Part shown: positions 24,195 to 36,222 of the stretch, piece by piece | How positions within the stretch are numbered: position 1 is the stretch's first letter | Layout of the letters: every line of letters starts with the position of its first letter | NCBI GenBank assembly: GCA_008632985.1 | Contig: QPGO01000305.1 | Span: 1 to 64,000, forward strand | Direction of reading: 5' to 3' | From: Psammoneis japonica | Taxonomy: Eukaryota | Length of the DNA stretch: 64,000 nucleotides | Translations under genes and position numbers: made by a program | The notes under the pieces: generated by a model | Told to the model about the DNA's origin: nothing | The model's input: only the letters and a program-made list of their open reading frames with translations | Databases searched by the model: none

Positions 24195-24690
24195 TGATCT
24201 TCCCAACAAATGTGCTGAGGATGGCTTTGCTCTTGGAATTTGGTTGGACAGCCAGTGGCCACAAAACACAAGCTCAGCAAGCTCGACATTGAAAAAGAAG
24301 AAAAACTTGAGGAGGCTGGCGCCAAGTGGCTCTTGTGGGAAAATCAATGGGGCACAATGCCCTCTCTTCTCAAGCAATTCACGAAATGGGATGGGACATT
24401 GCCAACGATGGCCTAATGGTCAGCGACCAACGGAGGGGACTTGAGCTAACAGGAATTGCTGGAGAAGGCCAGAGCCAAGTGGGGCATTCTGGCTGATCAT
24501 TGGGAGACTGTGTTTTCTCTTCTCAAACAGCTTGTGGTGTGCGGGGGGAAGCTGCAAAGTGCCCCATTGTTACGCTGAAAATGGAGAGAGACTTGGACAT
24601 TGGCTGGACACGCAAAAGCAAGCATGGAAGGCTGGAAGACTGAAGAACAGCCATGCAAGCCGGCTGCCAGATCTTGGCATGTTTTCGTCC
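24195..24690 (+). pseudogene. Tandem helicase-associated (HA, PF03457-like) domain gene remnant
   Basis: Across frameshifts: PNKCAEDGFALGIWLDSQ..KLDIEKEEKLEEAGAKW..NQWGTMPSLLKQF..; DHWETVFSLLKQ..GSCKVPHCYAENGERLGHWLDTQKQAWKAGRL..RLPDLG. Fits the W..M..LL.....G.C.VP..Y....LG.W...Q......L.....L..LG pattern. Confidence 0.75.
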
Positions 24691-24920
24691 AACAGCGGTC
24701 TCTGCTGCAAGCTGCAGCGCGCAGAAGCAGAAGAGACAAAGAGAGTGTTCCGAAAGATTGACGCTTTCAAGGAGAAAGCAGACTCAAGCATCAAGACTGT
24801 TCAAGCGCCAGCTGGTCCTCAAGACAATCTGAAGACACTCAGACATTGGATGGCAGCAGATGCTCCAGAGGATGCAGCAGCAGCACTTTGGACACGGAGT
24901 CAAAATCATTTTGGACAGGC

Positions 24921-27180
24921 CAAAGGTGCACCTCCTGCTGTCCCTCCCCTGTCCGTGGACTTGGGGCATGAGGGGAACACTGTCGGGGAGCATGACGCCA
25001 GCCAGTTGAACCTTGCTGCCTCGTTGCTTGTCTGGCACCTCCATCAACACACACCTCCAGCTGTGAGCAGCTCTTTGTCTTCTGCCACTTTGTTGTCTAA
25101 ATTGAAGACATGGCCCAACAATCAACTCTGGTGTGATTTGCTGGGCGCAGCTGGGCATGAGCTTGAGCTGCCAAAGTGTTCTTTCCATGCCGTTGAGTGG
25201 GATTTCACTGAGTGCAAAGAGCCATGCACTCGCCCTCACCATGAAGACCTTGGCATTGAAGTCTTCTCTGTAGACAGGCCCAAGTCCTGCTCTGGCACTC
25301 AACTGTCAGCTTGTGCTCTGCACAAAACCCTTGGATGCTGCTTGGCTCCAATTGGTGCCCAGAGGACTCAGCTGAAGAAAATCTTGCACAAGATGGCACA
25401 ACGCACCGAATTCTGTTGAGAGCATCCAGGTTCCGACCTCAGAGACAACCGCATTTTTCAACTTGGCAAAACGCCGTTGTCCGTGCCATTTTCATCGGGC
25501 AGGTTCTTGTTGTTCTGCAGCTCTGTCGTGGCCAGCAAAATGGCCAAGGGCACAAAATCAAAAAGGACAAAAAATGTCTGTTGAGGGCGCCAAATCACAA
25601 AGGGCACAAACCAGGCAGGGGCACAAAATTGCTGAGGTCACAAAATGACTGAGGGCGCAAAATGGTGGCTGAGGGCACAAAGCTGCCAAGGGCAAAAAAT
25701 CAGAAAGGGTCCAAAATGGCAAAGGGCACAAAACCACAATGGCCAAAAATTGCTGAAGGCACAAAATCATGAGGGGCACCAAATGCGGCTGAGGGCCCAA
25801 CACCAACAAAAGCACAAAATGGACAAGGGCACAAAGTCACAAAGGGTGCAAAATGGCAAGGGCACAAAACCACAAAAAGCACAAAATGCCCAAGGGCACA
25901 AAAAAAGGAAAGGGCACAAAACAGCCAAGGGCACAAAAAGGTCAAGGGTGCAAAGTCAAGAATTGCGCAACATGGCTGAGGGCCCAAAACCAAAAAAGGC
26001 ACAAAGTCCAAGGGCACAAAGTCACAAAGGGCACAAAGTCACAAAGGGCAAAGGTGCACCTCCTGCTCTCCTCCCCTGTCCGTGGACTTGGGGCATGAGG
26101 GGAACACTGTCGGGGAGCATGACACCAGCCAATTGAACCTTGCTGCCTCGTTGCTTGTCTGGCACCTCCATCAATGCACACCTCCAGCTGTGAGCAGCTC
26201 TTTGTCTTCCGCCACTTTGTTGTCTAAATTGAAGACATGGCCCAACAATCAACTCTGGCGTGATTTGCTGGGCGCAGCTGGGCATGAGCTTGAGCTGCCA
26301 AAGTGTTCTTTCCATGCCGTTGAGTGGGATTTCACTGAGTGCAGAGAGCCATGCACTCGCCCTCACCATGAAGACTTGGCATTGAAGTCTTCTCTGCAGA
26401 CAGGCCCAAGTCCCACTCTGGCACTCAACTGTCAGCTTGTGCTCTGCACAAAACCCTCGGATGCTGCTTGGCTCCAATTGGTGCCCAGACGACTCAGCTG
26501 AAGAAAATCTTGCACAAGATGGCACAACGCACCAAATTCTGTTGAGAGCATCCAGGTTCCGACCTCAGAGACAACCGCATTTTTCAACTTGGCAAAACGC
26601 CATTGTCCACGCCATTTTCATCGGGCAGGTTCTTGTTGTTCTGCAGCTCTGTCGTGACCAGCAAAATGGCCAAGGGCACAAAATCAAAAAGGACAAAAAA
26701 TGTCTGTTGAGGGCACCAAATCACAAAGGGCACAAGCCAGGCAGGGGCACAAAATTGCTGAGGTCACAAAATGACTGAGGGTGCAAAATGGTGGCTGAGG
26801 GCACAAAGCTGCCAAGGGCAAAAAATCAGAAAGGGTCCAAAATGGCAAAGGGCACAAAACCACAATGGCCAAAAATTGCTGAAGGCACAAATCATGAGGG
26901 GCACCAAATGCGGCTGAGGGCCCAAAGCCAAAAAAGGCACAAAATGGACAAGGGCACAAAGTCACAAAGGGCGCAAAATGGCAAGGCACAAAACCACAAA
27001 AAGCACAAAATGCCCAAGGGCACAAAAAAAGGAAAGGGCACAAAACAGCCAAGGGCACAAAAAGGTCAAGGGCGCAAAGTCAAGAATTGCGCAACATGGC
27101 TGAGGGCCCAAAACCAAAAAAGGCACAAAATGGCCAAGGGCACAAAGTCACAAAGGGCACAAAGTCACAAAGGGTGCAAA
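24921..27180 (+). repeat. ~1.13-kb tandem duplication
   Basis: CAAAGGTGCACCTCCTGCT.. starts at 24921 and again at 26049. Confidence 0.9.
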
Positions 27181-30061
27181 GTGGCAAGGGCACAAAACCG
27201 CAAAAAGCACAAAATGCTCAAGGGCACAAAAAAAGGAAAGGGCACAAAACAGCCAAGGGCACAAAAAGGTCAAGGGCACAAAGTCAAGAATTGCGCAACA
27301 TGGCTGAGGGCCCAAAGCCAAAAAAGGCACAAAATGGCCAAGGGCACAAAGCCACAAAGGGCGCAAAATGGCCAAGGGCACAAAACCACGAGATGGGGCA
27401 AAGTGCTCAAGGGCACAAAAAAAGGAAAGGGCGCAAAACAGCCAAGGGCACAAAAAGGTCAAGGGCGCAAAGTCAAGAATTGCGCAACATGGCTGGGGGC
27501 ACAAAGCCTCAAAGGTGCCCCCAGCGCCAAACACTTGCGCCACAAATCTTGTTTGATCAGCGCCCTGCCAGTGGGCTGTGTCCCCTCAGTGCCCCCCTGC
27601 AATGTGTGGCGAGATTGTTCTCGATTTGAAGACCACCGAAAATGCGAAAATGCGAAAATGCAAAAATGGGAAAATGGGAAAATGGGAAAATTGGGAAAAT
27701 GGGAAAATGCGAAAATGCGAAAATGCAAAAATGCAAAAATGCGAAAATGATGTGACGCACCAAACTCCATTGAGAGTGCCCAGATTCCGACCTCAGAGAC
27801 AACCGCATTTTTCCATTTGGCGAAATGCCATTGTCCATGCTGTTTTGCGTGTTGCTTTGAGCCGCAGAGCCAGAAAACACTCCCAAAAAATTGCCCTGCA
27901 GGGCAAACAAAAGAGCAGTGTAGAAAGAGAAACTGCGCGCAAATTGAACGGCTGCAAACATGTGAAGCCTCAGCAAAACACACAGCACGAATGGCAGCGC
28001 ATGAGGTCGGCTGTGATGCAACAGAAGCGACGTTGTCAGCGCGAACATTCAGCAAGAATTTTTGCCATGATCTGCCCATGCGGGCCTTGACGTTCTCGAG
28101 CTTGTCTCGCAGAAGATGATGTGACAGCACCGAGCTCCATTGAGAGCATCCAGGTTCCAACCTCAGAGATGACCGCATTTTTCAGTTTGGCAAAACGCCA
28201 TTGTCTGCGCCACTTTGCATGTCATTTTGAGCCGCGAGCCAGAGAACACTCCAAAAACTGCTCTGCAGGGCAAAGCACACTGAGTCTGCATGGATTTGGG
28301 TTGTTCCAGGCCACGTGGAAAGCCCAGTTTGGTTTCACCGCACAGCTTCTCAAAGTTCCCTGGGATCACCACCTTTTGCCCTGTTTTTCCACGGGAAGGG
28401 TGAGCTCCCGGGGAGCCGCCGCGAATTTCCGTTCGTTGCGTGTGTGCTTGACACGCGAACAAAAAACAACACATTGGCAATTCCCCGTGCTTCCCTTCTC
28501 GCACATTTCCGTGTGTTCAGTGCACCGGCGTGTGCGGAGCCACACACCCAACAATCAACCATCGACTGACGACTGCAGCCAAAAATGGGCAACACGCCAT
28601 GGAGCGTTCGCATCCCATCCACGACGGCTCTTGTCAAACAAAAATGACACCAGCCAATCCAGTGAGTGAGATTGCGATTGACAGTGCAAAACAAAAATGA
28701 GCAGAAGTGTGGCAGATGATGTTGAGCAGAAAACCAGCGCATTGACCGCTGCACTCATTTTTCTTTCCTGCGGTCACAAATGTGAGCCATGCAGCATTTG
28801 CGGCAAAGTTCAAGGCAAAAGTGGAGCCGCACATGGCTGACAAAAATGTGGCAGATTGAATGGTCATGGTTTTTGTTTCAACTGACACATCTCACGTGCA
28901 GAATGAAGCGGGTCGTTTGGAATCACTCCGTTGTCGTGCAACCACAAATGCAAACCATGAGGCGTCTGGAGTGAAGGCTGAGGCAAAAGCAGAGCCTCAC
29001 AAGGTCAGCGAAAATGTGGCAGATTGATCGACAATGTTCGTTCTTCCATTTGACCTGTCTCATGCACAGAATGCAGTGCATCATTTTTTCCTTCTTGTGT
29101 CGTGTGGCCACAAATGCAAACCACAACGGCTCCAGAGCAAAGGCCAAGGCAAAAACAGAGCCACATGTGAGCAGTGTCAATGTGTGTGATTTGATGGTGA
29201 AGCTCATTCTTCCCTTGCTCTGCCACAAGGGGGCGCTTTGTGTCGATTTGTCGATGCACCCGTCATGGTCGTGCATCGTTTTTTCTGTGGGCCGGTCGCC
29301 ACGAGGATGAAAGCACATCCGCCTGTCCACAATTGCTGCACATCACCGCACTCCATTCGTTTTTTGTTCCCCTCCCCTGAGCCCTTTTGGTCGTTCCTTC
29401 CCGCCAAATTGTCCTCATTTCACGGGAATTCCCCAAAAGGGCAAGGCAGTTCCCCCTTGCCTTTGCCATTTTGAGGAATCCCCAAAAGGGCAAAACCAAA
29501 CCAAGGTGGAAAGTGAATGGGCCAAAAACTCCAGCGGACCCACTCAAACACATTCAACAACTGACTGACAACAGATCGGTTGACTGGTTCCCCAAAGCAC
29601 CGCTTGTGTTGTGCCCTTCCCCAGCTGCTCTCCAGCTGGCGCCGTGGAGTGCAGTCGCTCAATTTAGATTGTCTGCAATGTCATTTGCAACAAACGTGGC
29701 TGCCGCTTTTTCACACATTGTCCGCCAAACAGGTTTTGGCCCCAGCTCATGTGTCTCAGCTCAACCCGCCACATGGCTTTCCTCACCCCCCAACCCACTG
29801 CCCCCCTCCTCCACTTTCCTGCCACGCTCTGCCACAATCTTCTTGCAAAAATCCTCCCTCTTGCGTTTCCTGGGTGCACTCCCTCCTGCATCTCCGTTCT
29901 TGGAGTTCCCTGTCGTGAAGTGCTCCAGGCATCTCGCACACTTTCATGCAAACAAGCCACATGTTCCCAGGTTGCAAACTGCCCCACAGCCAAAAGAAGC
30001 AATCTTTGCCTTTGGAGTCACCATGATGCGCTGGTCTGCCAAATCAAACTCAGCATCGCCA
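26353..30061 (+). repeat. ~3.7-kb composite repeat unit, copy 2
   Basis: Colinear with 3676-7497, lacking one internal ~150-bp repeat. Confidence 0.9.
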
Positions 30062-30064
30062 TGC

Positions 30065-30337
30065 AACACCGGCGCCGGCCAATTTCAGGCTGTCTTTTGG
30101 TCTTGGACGGACCACAGAGATCCCGTTTTGGATCCTCATTGTTGAAAATGACAGTTGTTCTTCGACCAAATCTGGCAATGCGCCTCTGTCCTTTGCCAAG
30201 CATTCTTGTCGTTTGTTGCATGTTGCCGTCAGTTTGGCTTCCGCCTTCCTCTGTTGAGATGATTTCCAAGAATCAACATCGTGCCCGTGAACCAACTTGT
30301 TGTGCTCTTCCCAAAGTCACCACCAGCACCTCCACCA
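30065..30337 (-). pseudogene. Probable non-LTR retrotransposon ORF2 C-terminal fragment (second copy 50661-50958)
   Basis: In the second copy: WWELWEEHNKLVHGH..KLTATCNKRQECLAKDRGALL..EEQL..VQNWI. Resembles the LW..RN...HG tail of diatom LINE ORF2s. Recognised from memory only. Confidence 0.45.
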
Positions 30338-31872
30338 TGTTTGTTTTCCTTGAAACGACATGTTTGTTTTCCTTGAAACCACATGTTTGTTTTCCTTGAA
30401 AACACATGTTTGTTTTCCTTGAAACAACATGTTTGTTTTCATTGAAAAGACATGTTTGATTTCCTTGAAACGACATGTTTGTTTTCCTTGAAACCACATG
30501 TTTGTTTTCCTTAAAAAGACACATTTGTTTTCCCTGAAACAACGTGTTTGTTTTCCTTGAAATGGCATGTTTGTTTTCCTTGAAGTGACATGTTTGTTTT
30601 CCTTGAAAACACACATTTGTTTTCCTTGAAACAACATGATTGTTTTCCTTGAAATGGCACGTTTGTTTTCTTTGAAACGACGTGTTCATTTTCCTTGAAA
30701 CGACATGTTTGTTTTCCTTGAAAAGACATGTTTGTTTTCCTTGAAACAACATGTTTGTTTTCCTTGAAAAGACACATTTGTTTTCCTTGAAACAACATGT
30801 TTGTTTTCCTTGAAATGGCATGTTTGTTTTCCTTGGCATGTTTGTTTTCTTTGAAACGACGTGTTCATTTTCCTTGAAACGACATGTTTGTTTTCATTGA
30901 AAAGACATGTTTGATTTCCTTGAAAAGACATGTTTGTTTTCTCTGAAAAGACATGTTTGTTTTCCTTGAAACGACACGTTTGTTTTCCTTGAAACAACAC
31001 GCTTGTTTTCCTTGAAATGACACGTTTGTTTTCCCTGAAACGACATGTTTGTTTTCCTTGAAACCACATGTTCGTTTTCCTTGAAAAAACATGTTTGTTT
31101 TCCTTGAAAAGACATGTTTGTTTTCCTTGAAACGACATGTTTGGTTTCCCTGAAACGACATGTTTGGTTTCTTTGAAACCACATGTTTGTTTTTCTTGAA
31201 AACGCATGTTTGAATTCCTTGAAATGACATGTTTGTTTTCCTTGAAACGACATGTTTGTTTTCCTTGAAAAGACATGTTTGTTTTCCTTGAAATGACATG
31301 TTTGTTTTCCCTGAAACGACATGTCTGTTTTCCTTGAAATGGCATGTTTGTTTTCCTTGAAAACACATGTTTGTTTTCCTTGAAACGACATGTTTGTTTT
31401 CCTTGAAAAGACATGTTTGTTTTCCTTGAAACCACATGTTTGTTTTCCTTTAAAAGACATGTTTGTTTTCCTTGAAACGACATGTTTGTTTTCCTTGAAA
31501 CGACATGTTTGTTTTCCTTGAAAAGACACATTTGTTTTCCTTGAAACGACACATTTGTTTTCACTGAAAACACGTGTTTGTTTTCCTTGAAACGACATGT
31601 TTGTTTTCAAGACATGTTTGTTTTCCTTGAAAAAACATGTTTGTTTTCCTTGAAACGACATGTTTGTTTTCATTGAAAAGACATGTTTGTTTTCCTTGAA
31701 AAGACACATTTGTTTTCCTTGAAACGACACGTTTGTTTTCCTTGAAAAGACATGTTTGTTTTCCTTGAAAAGACATGTTTGTTTTCCTTGAAATGACACG
31801 TTTGTTTTCCTTAAAACCACATGTTTGTTTTTCTTGAAATGACATGTTTGTTTTCTCTGAAAAGACATGTTT
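30337..31872 (-). repeat. 23-bp satellite array (reverse orientation)
   Basis: Tandem GACATGTTTGTTTTCCTTGAAA. Confidence 0.97.
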
Positions 31873-33255
31873 GGCAAAAAACGGATTTGGAAAAAGTCAA
31901 TTGCGCCAAATGCACAAATTTCCAAATGACGGGAATCGAACCCGCGCGGAGCACCTGGAGCTGGAACAGGCCTGCTGTGAAAAGATCAAGATGTCGTCTC
32001 CAGCACCGCTGGCAAAGAAGAGAAAGAAAAATGAGACTGTTGAGCCAATGAGCCCGAGACTTCAGGCAGTGTTGAAGAGAGCGGGCACGCAGGCAGCGCG
32101 TGGTGCGCTGAAGCCAGAAGTGGAGAAGGTGGCTGGAAATGATCTCTTTCCACAGGTGAAGTTTCTCAGTCCATCAGAGTTGGCAAGCAACAGGAGCGTC
32201 TCAATGTTTGTCAAGAAACAGATTGCTGGTGGCAACATGGACACTTCAAATTGGTCAGGAACTTGAGAGGAATGGGCAAAAAAGGCGGCAAAAAGGCAAG
32301 TTGACAATCTCAGAAACACGGTGTGCTCGGCTGTTGGGGCGGAGGCAATGGCCCGTAAGTTGGGTGACCAATGTGTGTGACTCAAGAGTTGCGCGCATCT
32401 CACAAGAAGATGACGGTGATGCTTTGTCTGTGCAGGCGTTGTCACCAAGGAAGAGGGAAAGGAAAAAGAAAAGAAACTCAAGGCGGCAGTCAAGAGGAAA
32501 AAGCAAGGCAGGAAAAAGTCAAGCCGTGACAAGAATGAAAAGAAAGACATCCCAATTGTGCCGACATGGGATCTGCTTGGCCCAGACACTGTCGCCAGCA
32601 GCAAACGAAGGAACAAGCAGGCATGCAAGTGGTTCTGTGATCACACCCCTGTTTGCAAAAATTGACAAACCAAGGATTGTGCGGCAGTGCAATCATGGAT
32701 TGGCACATGGCAACAAGGTGGAGGCAGAAACGGCGATGTGGGCACAGTGAAAAATGGCACACATGATTCTCAACAACTTGTCGCGACATTGGCGCAGCAA
32801 ACTTGCAACCAGAGGTTGGCCTGTCACAGTGCAACAACAATTTTTTGCAACATTTTGACAAATTGTCATCATGCAAATCCACACATTTTCAACATTTCGT
32901 GCACTCTGATGCGTGTGTTGTGCACAGCATCATCACACAGCATTTGTCCAACTCTCCCTCTCATCGCAGGATGGGTTGTCGCCATGTGGCGCATCTGCAC
33001 AGTGGACTTGCAAATTTGACCATGCACTCCCTCTGTCAGGCAGGATGGGTTGGTGCCATGTGGCGCATCCGGCCAAGGGAGGAGTGGGTTCGAAGCCCAG
33101 CCATCCACCCCGGATGGGGTTGGAAAGGGGCAGGCCGAGAAAGAAAAGGAGGCTTCAATTTGAGGCCAATTTGAGCCAGCAACCTCAGGAAGCGCAGCAC
33201 ACATTCAGGCATGCATTGTGCACAGCATCGTCGCACAGCATTTGTCCAACTGAAC
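31873..33255 (+). repeat. ~1.4-kb repeated module M, copy 1
   Basis: Other copies at 34830-36222 (-), 40160-41385 (+), 41675-42015 (+, part), 43178-43420 (-, part), 51790-53025 (+), 55437-56830 (-), 57585-59490 (-, with duplicated 3' part) and 63615-64000 (+, part). Confidence 0.95.
31991..32665 (+). pseudogene. Two-exon gene remnant of unknown function within module M
   Basis: MSSPAPLAKKRKK..DLFPQVKFLS..W..W..LRNTV. Intron 32355-32435 (GTAAGT..TGTGCAG) contains an in-frame TGA. Exon 2 reads RVVTKEEGKEKEKKLK..RRNKQACKWFCDH. This copy has a premature TGA at 32264 that reads TGG in other copies. Confidence 0.65.
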
Positions 33256-33402
33256 ATGCCTTTTCAAGGAAAACAAACATGTTTTCCTTGAAAAGACACA
33301 CTTGTTTTCCTTGAAAAGACATGTTTGTTTTCCTTGAAACCACACGTTTGTTTTCCTTGAAACCACATGTTTGTTTTCCTTGAAAAGACACGTTTGTTTT
33401 CC

Positions 33403-33764
33403 NNNNNNNNNNNNNNNNNNNNNNNNNNNNNNNNNNNNNNNNNNNNNNNNNNNNNNNNNNNNNNNNNNNNNNNNNNNNNNNNNNNNNNNNNNNNNNNNNN
33501 NNNNNNNNNNNNNNNNNNNNNNNNNNNNNNNNNNNNNNNNNNNNNNNNNNNNNNNNNNNNNNNNNNNNNNNNNNNNNNNNNNNNNNNNNNNNNNNNNNNN
33601 NNNNNNNNNNNNNNNNNNNNNNNNNNNNNNNNNNNNNNNNNNNNNNNNNNNNNNNNNNNNNNNNNNNNNNNNNNNNNNNNNNNNNNNNNNNNNNNNNNNN
33701 NNNNNNNNNNNNNNNNNNNNNNNNNNNNNNNNNNNNNNNNNNNNNNNNNNNNNNNNNNNNNNNN
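33403..33764. other. Assembly gap (N run) inside satellite
   Basis: Run of n. Confidence 1.
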
Positions 33765-34830
33765 TTTCAAGGAAAACAAACATGTTGTTTCATGGAAAAC
33801 AAATGTGTCATTTCAAGGAAAACAAACATGTCTTTTCAAGGAAAACAAACACGTGGTTTCAAGGAAAACAAACATGTGTTTTCAAGGAAAACAAAGGTGT
33901 CTTTTCAAGGAAAGCAAACATGTCATTTCAAGGAAAACAAACATGTCGTTTCAAGGAAAACAAACATGTGTTTTCAAGAAAAACAAACATGTGGTTTCAA
34001 GGAAAACAAACATGTCGTTTCACGGAAAACAAGCATGTCTTTTCAAGGAAAACGAACATGTCTTTTCAAGAAAAACAAACGTGTCCTTTCAAGGAAAACA
34101 AACGTGTCGTTTCAAGGAAAACAAACGTGCCATTTCAAGGAAAACAAACATGTTGTTTCAAGGAAAACAAACATGTCTTTTCAAGAAAAACAAACATGTT
34201 GTTTCAAAGAAAACAAACATGTCTTTTCAAGGAAAACAAACATGTGGTTTCAAGGAAAACAAACATGTGGTTTCAAGGAAAACAAACATGTCTTTTCAAG
34301 GAAAACAGACATGTCTTTTCAAGGAAAACAAATGTGTGTTTCCAAGGAAAACAAGACGGGTTCCAGTCCCAGGTGGGACTCCGTGTGACATTGGGCCCGC
34401 AGAATTCTACGTGCAAGCTCCGCAGCAAATTTGTGCTGCAATGAAAATGTGAATGATCGCCAACAGAAAAAGAGGCAATTTTACGAACGCATCTCCTCCT
34501 TCGCACTTGCAGCACATCATTGACAGTTTGCCCGGGCATGTTCTTCAGGGAAAACAAACATGTCGTTTCACGGAAAACAAACATGTCTTTTCAAGAAAAA
34601 CAAACATGTCTTTTCAAGGAAAACAAACGTGTCTTTTCAAGGAAAACAAACGTGTCATTTCAGGGAAAACAAACATGTGGTTTCAAGGAAAACAAACATG
34701 TCTTTTCAAGGAAAACAAACATGTCTTTTCAAGAAAAACAAACATGTTGTTTCAAAGAAAACAAACATGTCTTTTCAAGGAAAACAAACGTGTCATTTCA
34801 AGGAAAACAAACATGTCTTTTCAAGGAAAA
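33765..34830 (+). repeat. 23-bp satellite with half-MITE (34355-34545)
   Basis: Monomers interrupted by GACGGGTTCCAGTCCCAGGTGGGA... The same structure occurs at 54645-55437. Confidence 0.9.
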
Positions 34831-36222
34831 CTGCCATGTTCAGTTGGACAAATGCTGTGCAACGATGCTGTTCACAACACATGCCTGAATGTGTGCTGCG
34901 CTTCCTGAGGTTGCTGGCTCGAATTGGCCTCAAATCCAAGCCTCCTTTTCTTTCTCGGCCTGCCCCTTTCCAACCCCATCCGGGGTGGGCGGCTGGGCTT
35001 CGAACCCACTCCTCCCTTGGCCGGATGTGCCACATGGCACCAACCCATCCTGCCTGACAGAGTGAGTGCATGGTCAAATTCGCAAGTCCGCTGTGCAGAT
35101 GTGCCACATGGCGACAACCCATCCTGCAATGAGAGGGAGAGTTGGACAAACGCTGTGCGATGATGCTGTGCACAACACACGCATCAGAGTGCACGAAATG
35201 TTAAAAATGTGTGGATTTGCACGATGACAATTTGTCAAAATGTTGCAAAAAAATTGTTGTTGCACAATGACAGGCCAACCTCTGGTTGCAAGTTTGCTGC
35301 GCCAATGTCGTGACAACTTGTTGAGAATCATGTGTGCCATTTTTCGCTGTGTCCACATCGCCGTTTCTGCCTCCACCTTGTTGCCATGTGCCAATCCATG
35401 ATTGCATTGCCGCACAATCCTTGGTTTGTCAATTTTTGCAAACAGGGGTGTGATCACAGAACCACTTGCACGCCTGCTTGTTCCTTCGTTTGCTGCCGGC
35501 GACAGTGTCTGGGCCAAGCATGATCCCATGTCGGCACAATTGGGATGTCTTTCTTTTCATTCTTGTCGCGGCTTGACTTTTTCCTGCCTTGCTTTTTCCT
35601 CTTGACTGCCGCCTTGAGTTTCTTTTCTTTTTCCTTTCCCTCTTCCTTGGCGACAACGCCTGCACAGACAAAGCATCACCGTCATCTTCTTGTGAGATGC
35701 GCGCAACTCTTGAGTCACACACATTGGTCACCCAACTTACGGGCCATTGCCTCCGCCCCAACAGCCGAGCACACCGTGTTTCTGAGATTGTCAACTTGCC
35801 TTTTTGCCGCCTTTTTTGCCCATTCCTCTCAAGTTCCTGACCAATTTGAAGTGTCCATGTTGCCACCAGCAATCTGTTTCTTGACAAACATTGAGACGCT
35901 CCCGTTGCTTGCCAGTTCTGACGGACTGAGAAACTTCACCTGTGGAAAGAGATCATTTCCAGCCACCTTCTCCACTTCTGGTTTCAGCGCACCATGCGCT
36001 GCCTGCGTGCCCATTCTCTTCAACACTGCCTGAAGTCTTGGGCTCATTGGCTCAACAGTCTCATTTTTCTTTCTCTTCTTTGCCAGCGGTGCTGGAGACG
36101 ACATCTTGATCTTTTCACAGCAGGCCTGTTCCAGCTCCAGGTGCTCCGCGCGGGCTCGATTCCCGTCATTTGGAAATTTGTGCATTTGGCGCAATTGACT
36201 TTTTCCAAATCCGTTTTTTGCC
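34830..36222 (-). repeat. Module M, inverted copy
   Basis: Reverse complement of 31873-33255. Confidence 0.95.
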
